From the NCBI GenBank assembly GCA_903901225.1, contig CAIUQE010000037.1:106580-170579 (forward strand): a stretch of 64,000 nucleotides of DNA, written 5' to 3'. The stretch comes from Candidatus Omnitrophota bacterium. GTDB lineage: Bacteria > Omnitrophota > Gorgyraeia > Zapsychrales > Fredricksoniimonadaceae. Both the position numbers and the translations under genes were made by a program. Under the pieces are notes generated by a model. The model did no database searches and was not told where the DNA came from. It was given only the letters and a program-made list of their open reading frames with translations. How positions within the stretch are numbered: position 1 is the stretch's first letter; the number at the start of each line of letters is the position of its first letter. Shown here in pieces: positions 1-10,123 of this stretch.

Positions 1-580
1 GATAAACGGCACCTTCATACTGCCCGGCATTGTAATCGCATTCGCCCAGCTTGAAGGCCGCGTCCTCCGCAAGATTATTGGATGGGAATTTTTCGATCAG
101 TTCCTGAAATGTTTTCTTGGCCGTGTCATAATCGCCTTTCTGGAAATAGCTCCAGGCGAGAGAATAATAAGCCTGCGAAGCGTAAAGTGATGAAGCGAAA
201 CCTTCGATCACCTGGCGGTACTGTTCCTGGGCCTTGACAACATCGCCGCCCTTAAGATAAGTCTCCCCCAGCCAGAACAAGGAAGCGTCCTTATATTCCC
301 CGCGGGCAACAAGGTCCTTGAACACCGCAAAAGCTTTCACGTACTCTTTCTTGAAAAAGTAACTCTGCCCCTCGAGAAGCCGGGCCTCGACGAGTTTTGT
401 CGTTGAGGGGAATTCGGTCAGGAGTTGCGTGACATACCGGAGGCACACGTCGTAAAAACCATCCTCAAACGCGCGCTGCGCCACCACAAAAAGTTCTTTT
501 TCATTCGATGCTGAAAAAGAAACCGATGGCAGGGAAAAGGAGACCAGGAAGATTAAAAATATCGGGAATATGATTTTCAT
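1..580 (-). CDS. TPR-repeat secreted protein (3' end truncated by window edge)
   Basis: ATG at 578-580 (minus); I translated an open frame to position 1: MKIIFPIFLIFLVSFSLPSVSFSAS... N-terminal signal-peptide-like segment followed by repeated TPR-like Ala/Tyr/Leu patterns (FKKEYVKAF, YLKGGDVVKAQEQY). Confidence 0.55.
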   Translation of the reverse strand, partial: MKIIFPIFLIFLVSFSLPSVSFSASNEKELFVVAQRAFEDGFYDVCLRYVTQLLTEFPSTTKLVEARLLEGQSYFFKKEYVKAFAVFKDLVARGEYKDASLFWLGETYLKGGDVVKAQEQYRQVIEGFASSLYASQAYYSLAWSYFQKGDYDTAKKTFQELIEKFPSNNLAEDAAFKLGECDYNAGQYEGAVY

Positions 581-631
581 GACGATAGCATTTTAACAAA
601 AAAAAACTTTAAATGAAGAAAGAAGCGGAAT

Positions 632-3418
632 TTATCGTTTCAGGAAATGGCTCAGGTATTGGCCGGTGTAAGACGCGGGCTGAAGGGAAAGTTGTTCCGG
701 TGTCCCGGCAAACATCAACCGCCCTCCCGCGCCGCCTCCTTCAGGGCCGAGGTCGATGACATGATCCGCGGATTTGACCACCTCAAGGTTGTGCTCGATA
801 ACAAGGACCGTATTGCCCTTGTCAACAAGCCGCTGGAGGACTGATAATAACTTTTCGACATCCGCGAAATGCAAGCCCGTCGTCGGCTCATCAAGGATGT
901 AAAAAGTGCGGCCTGTCGCCGGCTTGCAAAGCTCCGCCGCCAGCTTGACCCTCTGGGCCTCCCCACCGGAAAGAGTGGTCGCGGACTGGCCCAGTTTGAT
1001 GTAACCAAGTCCAACGTCATTCAATACCTCAAAAACACGCCGGGCACGGGGAATATTTCCAAAAAACTCAAGGGCATCGACAATGGACATGTCAAGGACA
1101 TCGCTGATATTACGGCCTTTATATTCAACCTGGAGGGTCTGCTCATTAAAACGACGTCCATGGCAGATCTCGCACTCCACATGGACATCCGGCAAAAAAT
1201 GCATTTCGATCTCCTTGATCCCGTCACCCTCGCACGCTTCACAGCGCCCCCCCTTAACATTAAAACTGAACCGCCCCGGCCCGTAACCGCGCAGCTTTGC
1301 CTCAGGCAACCTGGAAAAAAGCGTCCGTATGTCCGAAAAAACCCCCGTGTACGTGACCGGATTCGACCTGGGGGTCCGGCCGATAGGCGACTGGTCAACG
1401 ACAACCACCTTGTCAATGTGTTCGACCCCTTCGATCTTCTTGAAGGCCCCCGGCTTCTCGCGCGCGCCGTAGAGTTTTTGCGCCAGGACTTTGTGGAGCA
1501 CATCGTTGACCAGCGTTGATTTCCCGGATCCTGAGACCCCTGTGACACACGTGAACGTCCCGATCGGGAAATCCACGTCGATACCCTTCAAATTATGCTC
1601 GTTCACACCCTTCAAACTTATGAATTTTCCCTTAAAAGCCTTGCGGCGCTCCAGAGGCAAAGGGATCTTCAGGTCTCCGCTCAAATACCTGCCTGTCAAT
1701 GAGCCCTTGACCGACATGATCCCGGCCACAGGCCCCGCGTACATCACCTCACCGCCGAATTTCCCCGCGCCCGGGCCAAGATCGATCAGCCAGTCGGCAT
1801 TGCGGATCGTATCCTCATCATGCTCAACGACGATCAGCGTATTACCAAGGTCTCTCAAAGCATGCAAGCTCGCCAGAAGCCGTTCGTTATCTTTTTGATG
1901 CAGGCCAATGGATGGTTCATCAAGTACATACACCACGCCCACAAGGCCGGAACCCACCTGCGTGGCCAGGCGAATGCGCTCCGCTTCACCGCCGGAAAGG
2001 GTCGCGCTTCGGCGGTCAAGGGTCAAATAGTCCAGCCCGACATTAACGCAAAAATCCAGGCGCCGCGCGATCTCTTTCAGGACAGGTTCCGCAATGGCAA
2101 CCGCATCCCCCTGCAGTTGGAGCGTGGAAAAGAATTCTTTCGCCCCCTTGATGGAAAGTTTGACCACATCGGCAATATTTTTCCCGCCCACGAGGACCAT
2201 GAGCGAAGACTTTTTAAGCCGGTCTCCCCCGCAAAAAGGACATGGGGCTTCCGACATGAACCTGGATATCTCTTCTTTCAACCAGTCGCTGTCCGTCTCA
2301 CGAAAAAGCCTTTCCAGGTACCCTGTCACACCCTCAAACCGGCGGCCCCAGATAATGTCCTCCCCCCCGTACAAAATACGCCGTTTAAAATCTTTGGGGA
2401 GTTTGCTGTAGGGCAGGGTCACATCAATATCGTAAAGCCCTGCAAGTTCACGCATCACCGCGCGATAATACATCATGTACCCTCGCTGACCCTTGCGCCA
2501 GGGGACAATGGCGGCAACCCAGGGTTTTGAAGGATCCGCGACTAGAACGTCGATATCGATCTCCATCTTCGTCCCAATGCCGTTGCACTGCGGGCAGGCG
2601 CCATAAGGCGAATTGAACGAAAAAGTCCTCGGTTCAAGTTCCGGAAGGTCGATCCCCTCCTCCGGCACGGAATAACTTTCGCTCAAGACAATATCTTCAT
2701 CCCCGTCAGAAAAAGCGATCACAACGGATCCCTTGCCCACCTTGAGGGCTGTTTCTACTGAATCCGTCAAACGAAGCTTAATATCGGATTTGACGCTCAA
2801 ACGGTCAACCAAGATCTCTACAGAATGGACCTTGTAGCGGTCAAGCTTGATCTTTTCACTGGCATCGTATATTTTGCCATCAACGCGAAGGCGGGCAAAC
2901 CCGGCCTTGGCCACATCCTGGCCAATATGAGGGTAGGTCCCTTTCTTCCCTTTGACAAAAGGCGCGAGGACAAGCACTTTTGTGCCCACCGGCAAACGCA
3001 ATATCCGCTCGACCATTTCCTGGGCAGACTGCTTCTCCAGCTTCTGGCCTTTATAATAGGGAACCCCCACCCGGGCGAACAAAAGGCGCAGATAGTCATA
3101 GATCTCCGTCTGGGTCGCGACGGTGGATCGCGGGTTACGGCTGATGGTCTTCTGTTCGATGGAAATGGTGGGGCTCAAACCGTCGATGGATTCAACATCG
3201 GGCTTCTGCACTTGCCCCAGGAACTGGCGGGCGTAGGCCGAGAGGCTTTCAACGTAACGCCGCTGGCCTTCCGCGTAGATCGTATCGAACGCGAGCGATG
3301 ATTTTCCGGAACCGCTCAAGCCCGTCACAACGATGAAAGCATCCCGCGGCAGATCCAGCGAAATGTTCTTGAGATTATGCTCCCGCGCGTTCTTGATGAC
3401 AATATGGTTCAGCGACAT
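632..3418 (-). CDS. uvrA: Excinuclease ABC subunit A (UvrA)
   Basis: Supplied ORF 632..3508; two ABC ATPase modules with Walker [15 protein letters not shown] and [13 protein letters not shown], zinc-finger CxxC motifs, ~930 aa. Likely true start MSLNHIVIK (cat at 3416-3418); upstream 30 codons look like a spurious extension. Confidence 0.95.
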   Translation of the reverse strand: MSLNHIVIKNAREHNLKNISLDLPRDAFIVVTGLSGSGKSSLAFDTIYAEGQRRYVESLSAYARQFLGQVQKPDVESIDGLSPTISIEQKTISRNPRSTVATQTEIYDYLRLLFARVGVPYYKGQKLEKQSAQEMVERILRLPVGTKVLVLAPFVKGKKGTYPHIGQDVAKAGFARLRVDGKIYDASEKIKLDRYKVHSVEILVDRLSVKSDIKLRLTDSVETALKVGKGSVVIAFSDGDEDIVLSESYSVPEEGIDLPELEPRTFSFNSPYGACPQCNGIGTKMEIDIDVLVADPSKPWVAAIVPWRKGQRGYMMYYRAVMRELAGLYDIDVTLPYSKLPKDFKRRILYGGEDIIWGRRFEGVTGYLERLFRETDSDWLKEEISRFMSEAPCPFCGGDRLKKSSLMVLVGGKNIADVVKLSIKGAKEFFSTLQLQGDAVAIAEPVLKEIARRLDFCVNVGLDYLTLDRRSATLSGGEAERIRLATQVGSGLVGVVYVLDEPSIGLHQKDNERLLASLHALRDLGNTLIVVEHDEDTIRNADWLIDLGPGAGKFGGEVMYAGPVAGIMSVKGSLTGRYLSGDLKIPLPLERRKAFKGKFISLKGVNEHNLKGIDVDFPIGTFTCVTGVSGSGKSTLVNDVLHKVLAQKLYGAREKPGAFKKIEGVEHIDKVVVVDQSPIGRTPRSNPVTYTGVFSDIRTLFSRLPEAKLRGYGPGRFSFNVKGGRCEACEGDGIKEIEMHFLPDVHVECEICHGRRFNEQTLQVEYKGRNISDVLDMSIVDALEFFGNIPRARRVFEVLNDVGLGYIKLGQSATTLSGGEAQRVKLAAELCKPATGRTFYILDEPTTGLHFADVEKLLSVLQRLVDKGNTVLVIEHNLEVVKSADHVIDLGPEGGGAGGRLMFAGTPEQLSLQPASYTGQYLSHFLKR

Positions 3419-3597
3419 AAGATTTACGGCCCCATTACCCTTGTTCAAAGTGCGCGACAACCCGCGGGCGGGTAAAATACCAGATTCCGCAGGCCGCGAA
3501 CACCCCATCTATGGCCCAACGGCACAGCACGTTGATCCATGTGAACATTTCAAGGGATACCATTGACGTCAGCGTCCCGTGAAAAAAATGTTTCGCG

Positions 3598-3819
3598 CTA
3601 CAATAAAAAGATGAATATGAATGCCGCCCCTATCCCGCACGCAAGCCCGGTCATCCTTAACAAATACGATATGCCATAACGGATGAACAGCAAACTGTCG
3701 GGAACACCGGGATTGACCTCCTTGTAATTTGTAATATGTGGTATGTAATATATCTGCCCGACGGAAGTCAAGACAAGCGTGATCCCGAAAATTATGGCAC
3801 CCAAAGGACCCTTTCTCAC
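3598..3819 (-). CDS. small hydrophobic membrane protein, hypothetical
   Basis: 73 aa ORF with two predicted TM stretches (AIIFGITLVLTSVGQIYYI; LACGIGAAFIFIFLL); no recognisable family. Confidence 0.3.
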   Translation of the reverse strand: MRKGPLGAIIFGITLVLTSVGQIYYIPHITNYKEVNPGVPDSLLFIRYGISYLLRMTGLACGIGAAFIFIFLL

Positions 3820-3873
3820 CCGCGCCGCCTCCTGTTAATGGGCTTTCATGATCACCCTGCCCGGAATAGACAG

Positions 3874-3906
3874 CAACCCCTGCCGTCATACTGACGGCAG
3901 GGGTTG
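3874..3906 (-). terminator. perfect 15-bp GC-rich stem-loop downstream of the Lys-rich protein gene
   Basis: caacccctgccgtca-tac-tgacggcaggggttg; strong hairpin 24 nt past the stop of the 3930..4178 gene; lacks a clean U-tract, so intrinsic-terminator status is uncertain. Confidence 0.35.
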
Positions 3907-3929
3907 TGCCTTAGATCAAAAAAAGAAGA

Positions 3930-4178
3930 TCACTTCTTCTTTTTCTTTTTACCGCCCTTCACCATCGCGGCGCTGGAAATATCACCCTGCTTATCAATGA
4001 AGTAAAGGAAACCCTTTTCCTTCTTGATACCGACCTTGGCGACCTTCTTGGGCTTGCCGCCCTTCTTGTCACCACGGGCCATTGCCGCGCTTGAAACGTC
4101 GCCCTGTTTGTCAATGAAGTACAGGAAACCCTTTTCCTTCTTGACGCCCACCTTAGCAACCTTCTTGGCCATTCTCAT
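3930..4178 (-). CDS. Lysine-rich small protein composed of two tandem 39-aa repeats (KKVAKVG[VI]KKEKGFLYFIDKQGD[VI]SSAAM), poly-Lys C-terminus; candidate nucleic-acid-binding/nucleoid protein
   Basis: 82 aa; RBS gaaaggggg 8 nt upstream of ATG; protein = MRMAKKVAKVGVKKEKGFLYFIDKQGDVSSAAMARGDKKGGKPKKVAKVGIKKEKGFLYFIDKQGDISSAAMVKGGKKKKKK; basic, beta-rich unit reminiscent of small SH3-like DNA binders (inference only). Confidence 0.55.
   Translation of the reverse strand: MRMAKKVAKVGVKKEKGFLYFIDKQGDVSSAAMARGDKKGGKPKKVAKVGIKKEKGFLYFIDKQGDISSAAMVKGGKKKKKK
3960..4168. repeat. In-frame 117-nt tandem duplication (2 copies) inside the Lys-rich protein gene
   Basis: 3960-4051 vs 4077-4168 align with only a few substitutions (period 117 nt = 39 codons). 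Confidence 0.85.
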
Positions 4179-4311
4179 TCACCCCCTTTCACATGATATC
4201 CGGTTTAATGTACGTTTTCTTAATGGTCGACGGGATGCCCGCCATCCCCGATAACACTCACCAGGTCACTGCCCGGCGGAGCAATAAAGTTTCACCCGAC
4301 ATGAATACCCA

Positions 4312-5139
4312 CTAGGTCCCGATCTTGATATTTGTCGCCATGCTCTGAAGCGCGCGAATGCCTGACAAGACCGCAAGATAGCTGGTCTTGGGATTATCCG
4401 GACAAACAGTGTTTTCGGTCTTGGTCGTGATACGCCCGAATTCACCCTCGAGAACAACTTCATGGGTGTTGCGAATGACCTCCGGCGAAGCAATGATGCG
4501 CACGCGAAGTTTGACACCCGGACCAGCGGCCAGCGCGACGGTCGCCGCGACATTGATGTTTTGCGGAAAAAGGCGGACAGCATCCTTGACGTCACCCTCG
4601 AAAAGAACAACGTCACGGGCAATATCCTTAAGATGTATGCCTTTTTCCCTAATATAAGGGTTGTCACTGAATCCGGCGGGAGGCTTGCGGGTCGTCAATG
4701 TGATGGAGGTGATACCAAGAAGGGCCGCCGCCTTGATCGCGTCAAGCCCGGCCACGGCGCCCGAAGGAAGGATCAGCTGGCCTTTGGAACGGCGCGCCAG
4801 GTCAAAAAGGGTGCCGTCGCTCAGAAGTCTTCCGATGCTCATGGCCATGACACTTTTGCCCGCGTTAAGGGCCGCGCGGACAATATCGACAGTGGCTTGC
4901 GTGTTGACCGCCTCAATGACGATATCGGAACGGCGGATGAGGTCATCTATATCTTTGGCCGCGCCGCCACGGACATTGAGCCGCTCGGCAAGTGCCCCGA
5001 CCTTGGCCTGGTCGATATCGTAGAGGGCAACCACCTCAAACGCGCCTTTGAGCTCTTTCATCACACTGCGCGCGATCCTTGAGCCGATCGCCCCGCAACC
5101 GATGATCCCCAGTTTTAATTTCGTATTTCTAGATGTCAT
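4312..5139 (-). CDS. nadX: L-aspartate dehydrogenase (NadX family)
   Basis: 275 aa; N-terminal Rossmann GIIGCGAIGSRIA, aspartate dehydrogenase-like core; size typical of NadX. Confidence 0.75.
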   Translation of the reverse strand: MTSRNTKLKLGIIGCGAIGSRIARSVMKELKGAFEVVALYDIDQAKVGALAERLNVRGGAAKDIDDLIRRSDIVIEAVNTQATVDIVRAALNAGKSVMAMSIGRLLSDGTLFDLARRSKGQLILPSGAVAGLDAIKAAALLGITSITLTTRKPPAGFSDNPYIREKGIHLKDIARDVVLFEGDVKDAVRLFPQNINVAATVALAAGPGVKLRVRIIASPEVIRNTHEVVLEGEFGRITTKTENTVCPDNPKTSYLAVLSGIRALQSMATNIKIGT

Positions 5140-5984
5140 TACGTGGTGACTATAATGTTATCTATCAGCCTGGTGGTGCCGAACCTGGCCGCAACCGCTA
5201 TCAACACCCGCCCTTCTATCCGACGGGCAACACGAAGATCATGAAGCGTTACGCACGAAACATATTCAATGCTAGCACCGGCACCGACGGAAATCAACTT
5301 TTTTATTGCGGAATTTATTCTTGCCGTCCGACGCTCACCGGCGATGACCATTTTCCTGGCATGGCAAAGGGCCCTGTAGATCGACGGAGCCGCGGCCCTA
5401 TCACCGGCGGAAAGGTATGTGTTGCGGGAGCTCATGGCCAGGCCGTCTTTTTCGCGGACCGTCGGGCAGACTTTCAGCCCCGTCGCGAGGTCAAGGTCTT
5501 TCATCATGCGCCGGATGATCTCGACCTGCTGGGCATCTTTCTGCCCCAGGTACATCACATCCGGCTGGACGATATTCAATAATTTGGCCACCACGGTGGC
5601 AACCCCGCTGAAATGGCCGGGCCGCGACGCCCCGCAAAGGCCATCCCCGATCTTCTTCACGTCGATATGCGTCAGAAACCCCGCGGGGTACATTTCATCC
5701 ACGGACGGGACGAAAAATAGCTCGACCCCGGCCGCGGATGCCATCTTCCTGTCGCGGTCAATGTCACGCGGATACCTTCCAAGATCTTCTGCCGGACCGA
5801 ATTGGATAGGATTCACGAACAAACTGACCACAGTGGCATGATGGTCCTTCACGGAGCGCTCCATCAATGACACATGGCCCGCGTGAAAATACCCCATCGT
5901 CGGGACAAAACCGATCGTCCTGCCGCGCGCGCGCAACCGGACCAATTCATGCCTGAGAGCCTTGATCGTTCTCACCAGTTTCAT
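5139..5984 (-). CDS. panC: Pantoate--beta-alanine ligase (pantothenate synthetase)
   Basis: 281 aa; PTMGYFHAGHVSL HIGH-type motif, conserved MSSRNTYL and LNIVQPDVMYLGQKDAQQ segments. Confidence 0.93.
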   Translation of the reverse strand: MKLVRTIKALRHELVRLRARGRTIGFVPTMGYFHAGHVSLMERSVKDHHATVVSLFVNPIQFGPAEDLGRYPRDIDRDRKMASAAGVELFFVPSVDEMYPAGFLTHIDVKKIGDGLCGASRPGHFSGVATVVAKLLNIVQPDVMYLGQKDAQQVEIIRRMMKDLDLATGLKVCPTVREKDGLAMSSRNTYLSAGDRAAAPSIYRALCHARKMVIAGERRTARINSAIKKLISVGAGASIEYVSCVTLHDLRVARRIEGRVLIAVAARFGTTRLIDNIIVTT

Positions 5985-5994
5985 CGCGACTCCT

Positions 5995-6396
5995 TCAATA
6001 TCCTCTTACTTCACGCAACGGGGCCATAACGAACTCCCTCTCCTTCATCCTTGGATGAGGGATACAAAGTTCCGGGATTTCAAGCGAGACACCCTCATAA
6101 AGGAGGATATCGATATCAATGGTCCGCGGGCCATCCTTAACAGCGCGAACCCTGCCAAGATCTGACTCAACCTGTTGGATCACTTTCAAAAGCTCCTGCG
6201 GGCCAAGCAACGTTTCAGCTCGAAGCACGGCATTAAGAAAAAGCCCCTGGGGAGGTCCTCCGACAGGGGCAGTTTCAATGATCGTCGATAATTTAAGCTC
6301 GCTGATGCCGTATCCCGACAAAAAACGCACGGCATCATGGATGTTCTGTTCACGGTCACCAAGGTTCGATCCTAAACCAAGATAAATGACGGGCAA
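5995..6396 (-). CDS. folK: 6-hydroxymethyl-7,8-dihydropterin pyrophosphokinase (HPPK)
   Basis: 133 aa; IYLGLGSNLGDR ... GPRTIDIDILLY ... IPHPRM signature of FolK. Confidence 0.9.
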   Translation of the reverse strand: MPVIYLGLGSNLGDREQNIHDAVRFLSGYGISELKLSTIIETAPVGGPPQGLFLNAVLRAETLLGPQELLKVIQQVESDLGRVRAVKDGPRTIDIDILLYEGVSLEIPELCIPHPRMKEREFVMAPLREVRGY

Positions 6397-6411
6397 CAGC
6401 CCCCCCGGTTC

Positions 6412-7581
6412 TTAGGCCAATACTTTGCTCATCCGCTGGACCGCCTCATGGATGCGCTCGACGGGTACCGTGAGGGCCATGCGCACATACCCTTCACCGC
6501 ACTTGCCGAAACCGACTCCGGGCGTCACAACGATATCCGCCTGATCCAGGAAAGCTTTCGCGCAGGCCATCGAATCAGGAAATTTCGACGGTATTTTGGC
6601 CCAGACATAGTAGGCCCCTTTGGGCGGGTCGATCTTCCAGCCCAACGAACGGCAACCATTGATCAAGGCGTCCCGGCGCTCCTGGTAACAGGTCCTCATA
6701 TCCTCAATTTCAGCGGTATCCATCTGAAGCGCGGCAATGCCCGCGTGCTGGATGGCATTGAAAACCCCTGAATCCACATTGGACTTCACTTTCGCCAATG
6801 CCGCCACAAGCTGAGGATTACCGCAGGCCCAGCCCAACCGCCAGCCTGTCATGAAATACGTCTTGGAGAATGAATGGAATTCAATGGCGATATCTTTGGC
6901 CCCCGGGATCTCAAGGATGCTCGAAGGCTTGAGCCCGTCGAAATAAACTTCCGAATAGGCAAGATCTGAAACAATGATGATATTTTTTTGGGTGCACACC
7001 CGGACCAGTTCGGTATAAAACTCTTTGGTGGCCACGGCAGCCGTCGGATTGTTCGGGTAACAAACAATGATGGCCTTCGGGTCCTTGGATGCTTCGATAT
7101 CGGTTATCTTGGGAAGAAAATCATTCGACGCCTTGAGCGGCAAATACTGGATCTTCCCGCCGGCGAACGCAACCGCCGCCTGGTAAGCGGGATACGCGGG
7201 ATCACCCAGCAAAACCTTGTCGCCGGGATTGATCACCGCCAGAGGAAAGTGAGCGAGGCCTTCTTTGGAACCAATGAGCGGATAAACTTCACTCGCCGGA
7301 TCAAGCGGGACATTAAAACGCCGCAAAAACCATCGGGCGATCTCAACCCGTAATTGCGGCACGCCCGCGTCGAACGGATAATGATGGTTAGCCCCGTCAT
7401 CAACAGCCTTTTTCATCGCCTCAACGATCGGCTTATGCGTGACCTGGTCCGGATCACCGATCCCCAGGCTGATCACATCGCGGCCTTCCGCGATAGCCGC
7501 CCGTCGGGCTTTGTCAATTTCCACGAATAAATACGGAGGCAACTGTTTGAGACGCTCGGAAACCTCAAAATTTAAAGGCAT
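6412..7581 (-). CDS. dapL: LL-diaminopimelate aminotransferase (DapL-type class I aminotransferase)
   Basis: 389 aa; PLP-lysine motif SFSKTYFMTGWRLG; embedded at the end of the dapB-dapA-dapF-lysA run with no dapD/dapC/dapE present. Confidence 0.8.
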   Translation of the reverse strand: MPLNFEVSERLKQLPPYLFVEIDKARRAAIAEGRDVISLGIGDPDQVTHKPIVEAMKKAVDDGANHHYPFDAGVPQLRVEIARWFLRRFNVPLDPASEVYPLIGSKEGLAHFPLAVINPGDKVLLGDPAYPAYQAAVAFAGGKIQYLPLKASNDFLPKITDIEASKDPKAIIVCYPNNPTAAVATKEFYTELVRVCTQKNIIIVSDLAYSEVYFDGLKPSSILEIPGAKDIAIEFHSFSKTYFMTGWRLGWACGNPQLVAALAKVKSNVDSGVFNAIQHAGIAALQMDTAEIEDMRTCYQERRDALINGCRSLGWKIDPPKGAYYVWAKIPSKFPDSMACAKAFLDQADIVVTPGVGFGKCGEGYVRMALTVPVERIHEAVQRMSKVLA

Positions 7582-7588
7582 AAAACTC

Positions 7589-8305
7589 CTATATCAAACC
7601 CAGCACTTGCTGCATGTTGAATAATCCCTTATCCTTCTTTTTCAGGAATTTTGCGGCGACAAGGGCTCCCGCGACGAACATGTCACGGTCCTTGGCATTA
7701 TGGGAGATCTCGATGGTGTCGACCGGTCCTTCAAAAACCACCTTGTGGTACCCGACAACCTCCCCCTCCCGCAGGGACTCAATATCCGTTATCTTCTTCC
7801 CGGTCACACCTTCAACGACCTCGGCCATGGTCTTTGCCGTACCCGAAGGCGCGTCTTTTTTGTGCACATGATGGGTCTCGGTAATACCGACATCATACCC
7901 TTTAAGGACCGTCGCCATCTGTTTCAGGAGGCCAAAAACCAGGTTGACGCCCACCGACATATTGGTCGACTGGACGATCGCGATCTTCCGCGACGCCTTG
8001 GTGATCAATGAACGCTGTTCTTCAGAGAAACCCGTCGTTCCTATAACCGCCCGCACATTATGCTTCAAACAGGCCTTGAGCGCTTCGATAGACGGCCCCG
8101 GCAGTGTAAAATCGATCAGGACATCCGCGCCTTTGATGGCATTGATATCCCGCGACACCTTGACCCCTAACAATTGGGCCGGAACATCCGCGCGGTCGGG
8201 ACTTTCGATCAGCGCCGTGATCTTGAACGACTTGTCCCTTGAAGCAAGCAGGGCAATGCGCTGACCCATCCGTCCCTGGCAACCGGTGATCGCTAGTTTC
8301 ATCAT
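7589..8305 (-). CDS. dapB: 4-hydroxy-tetrahydrodipicolinate reductase
   Basis: 238 aa; N-terminal MMKLAITGCQGRMGQ Rossmann and conserved ETHHVHKKDAPSGTA segment typical of DapB. Confidence 0.92.
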   Translation of the reverse strand: MMKLAITGCQGRMGQRIALLASRDKSFKITALIESPDRADVPAQLLGVKVSRDINAIKGADVLIDFTLPGPSIEALKACLKHNVRAVIGTTGFSEEQRSLITKASRKIAIVQSTNMSVGVNLVFGLLKQMATVLKGYDVGITETHHVHKKDAPSGTAKTMAEVVEGVTGKKITDIESLREGEVVGYHKVVFEGPVDTIEISHNAKDRDMFVAGALVAAKFLKKKDKGLFNMQQVLGLI

Positions 8306-9189
8306 TCCGCCTTCTCGATAAGGTCAAATCCGACCAGAACTTTCTTCAGTTTTACAAGATTCTCAGGTTCAAGATCGCACAAGGGAAGCCTGACCTTCGG
8401 CGAACAAAGCCCCATCAGGCCACACGCTGTCTTGACAGGCGCGGGATTGGTCTCCAGGAACAGCGCCTTGATGATGGGCATAAGCTTGGCCTGTTTTTCT
8501 TCGGCCTCTTTCACTTTTCCCTTGAGCATCAGGTTCACGACTTCCGCCACCTCTTTGGGCATGATGTTAGCCAGGACAGAAATAACACCGGTCCCGCCGA
8601 GCTTCATGATCGGGATCGTCAAGGCATCATCACCGGAAAGGACATCAAAATCCTTGCCGCAAGCGGCTTTCACCGCCTTGGCCTGGTCGATATTACCCGA
8701 GGCTTCTTTCACGCCAACGATATTTTTGCAGTCCTTGGCCAGTTTCTTGACAGTTTCCGTTTCAATATTGCGGGCGCAACGGCCTTCAATGTTGTAAAGG
8801 ATAATGGGGATCTTGACGCTGTCAGCGACTGCCTTGAAATGAAGGTACAGTCCCTTCTGGGTCGGCTTGTTGTAATACGGCGTCACCACAAGCGCCGCGT
8901 CGACGCCGGATTCCTCCGCGTGCCTGATGAGGCGCACGGCTTCGGCCGTTGAATTCGACCCGGTCCCCGCGATGACCGGGACACGGTGGCGCACGGCATC
9001 CACGGTGATCTCAACGACCTTGTCGTGCTCTTCATGGGACAAAGTCGGCGACTCCCCCGTCGTACCGCACGGGACAATGCCTTTGGTGCCACTCTTGATC
9101 TGCCGCTCAACAAGCTCCGCGAGCTTCCATTCATCAACCCCGTGTTCCGTGAAAGGCGTTACCAGCGCGACAATGGATCCTTTGAACAT
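8302..9189 (-). CDS. dapA: 4-hydroxy-tetrahydrodipicolinate synthase
   Basis: 295 aa; GSIVALVTPF, GTTGESPTLS, active-site Lys region VGVKEASG. Confidence 0.93.
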   Translation of the reverse strand: MFKGSIVALVTPFTEHGVDEWKLAELVERQIKSGTKGIVPCGTTGESPTLSHEEHDKVVEITVDAVRHRVPVIAGTGSNSTAEAVRLIRHAEESGVDAALVVTPYYNKPTQKGLYLHFKAVADSVKIPIILYNIEGRCARNIETETVKKLAKDCKNIVGVKEASGNIDQAKAVKAACGKDFDVLSGDDALTIPIMKLGGTGVISVLANIMPKEVAEVVNLMLKGKVKEAEEKQAKLMPIIKALFLETNPAPVKTACGLMGLCSPKVRLPLCDLEPENLVKLKKVLVGFDLIEKAE

Positions 9190-9204
9190 TTTTTTCTCCT
9201 GTTG

Positions 9205-10041
9205 CTAAAGATAATACTCGCCTTTGCAAATGAGCTTCCCGCTCCCTTTCAACCAGACATTCGTCATCACCGGACGGTCCTTATCCACCACATCAAGGTC
9301 GAACGTCACATCCAGGACCTCTCCGCTTTTGGTCGCTACCCGCATCGCCGCGCCTTTTTGAGGCGTCAACTTTCCAGTGGAATGAAGATACCCGATAAGC
9401 GCTGAGGCGACACTGCCCGTGCCGCAGGCCAGCGTTTCAGCCTCGACACCGCGCTCATACGTGCGCACCGCGACAACACCCTCCCTGACCTTCTCTACAA
9501 AATTGACATTCGTCCCCTTGGGGGCGAACAGCGAATGCTGACGGATCAGACGGCCAAGTCCGTCCACATCCATCTCCTGAAGGCCCTGCACAAAAACGAC
9601 CACATGCGGCACGCCGGTATTGATAAAATGCCCCGTGAGCTTATGCCCGGCGGCCTTGATCTCAACTTCAGGACGATAATCCGCGGGATCGCTGAGCCTG
9701 ACAGCGGCAATATCCCCATGGACACTGGCCTGCAGGGTCCCCGCCTTGGTCTCGACCGTAAAAATTTCAGGAACAACCGCAAACTTGTTCGCCACGTAAA
9801 CAGCGAGGCAGCGGGCGCCGTTACCGCACATCTCCGCTTCAGACCCGTCAGCGTTAAATATACGCATGCGATGGTCGCACACGGTAGAGCTGCCAAGAAC
9901 GATCACGCCATCCGCGCCGATGCCCATATGCCGGTCACAGGCTTTCCGCGCAAGAACGGGATAATCAAGCTGGGGATCGTGGTCAATGACCACAAAATCA
10001 TTGCCCGCTCCCTGCATCTTTTGGAAAAGGATCTTCTTCAT
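9205..10041 (-). CDS. dapF: Diaminopimelate epimerase
   Basis: 278 aa; KMQGAGNDFVVID and two catalytic Cys motifs (MCGNGARC; ACGTGSVA). Confidence 0.92.
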   Translation of the reverse strand: MKKILFQKMQGAGNDFVVIDHDPQLDYPVLARKACDRHMGIGADGVIVLGSSTVCDHRMRIFNADGSEAEMCGNGARCLAVYVANKFAVVPEIFTVETKAGTLQASVHGDIAAVRLSDPADYRPEVEIKAAGHKLTGHFINTGVPHVVVFVQGLQEMDVDGLGRLIRQHSLFAPKGTNVNFVEKVREGVVAVRTYERGVEAETLACGTGSVASALIGYLHSTGKLTPQKGAAMRVATKSGEVLDVTFDLDVVDKDRPVMTNVWLKGSGKLICKGEYYL

Positions 10042-10123
10042 AAGAAGGAATTATACACAAATCCGACGAAAAAACCAATGGGTCAGAAAATAAAAGATGC
10101 CTGCCCGGAATGGCCGCAGCGCT

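Noticed and set aside
869-2530. Plus-strand ORFs of 216-236 aa (869..1519, 1820..2530 and similar) inside uvrA
   Set aside because: They lie antisense to a highly conserved UvrA frame, have Arg/Pro-rich low-complexity translations typical of GC-rich antisense frames, and have no motifs; shadow ORFs. The same applies to 10097..10993, 11389..12162, 21648..22505, 35289..35903, 58280..59053, 60818..61507 and other antisense ORFs in the track.
3820-3929. Possible small RNA between the 73-aa membrane-protein gene and the Lys-rich protein gene
   Set aside because: The only structured feature is the single 15-bp hairpin. It is better explained as a transcript-end stem-loop for the Lys-rich gene, with no independent promoter evident.
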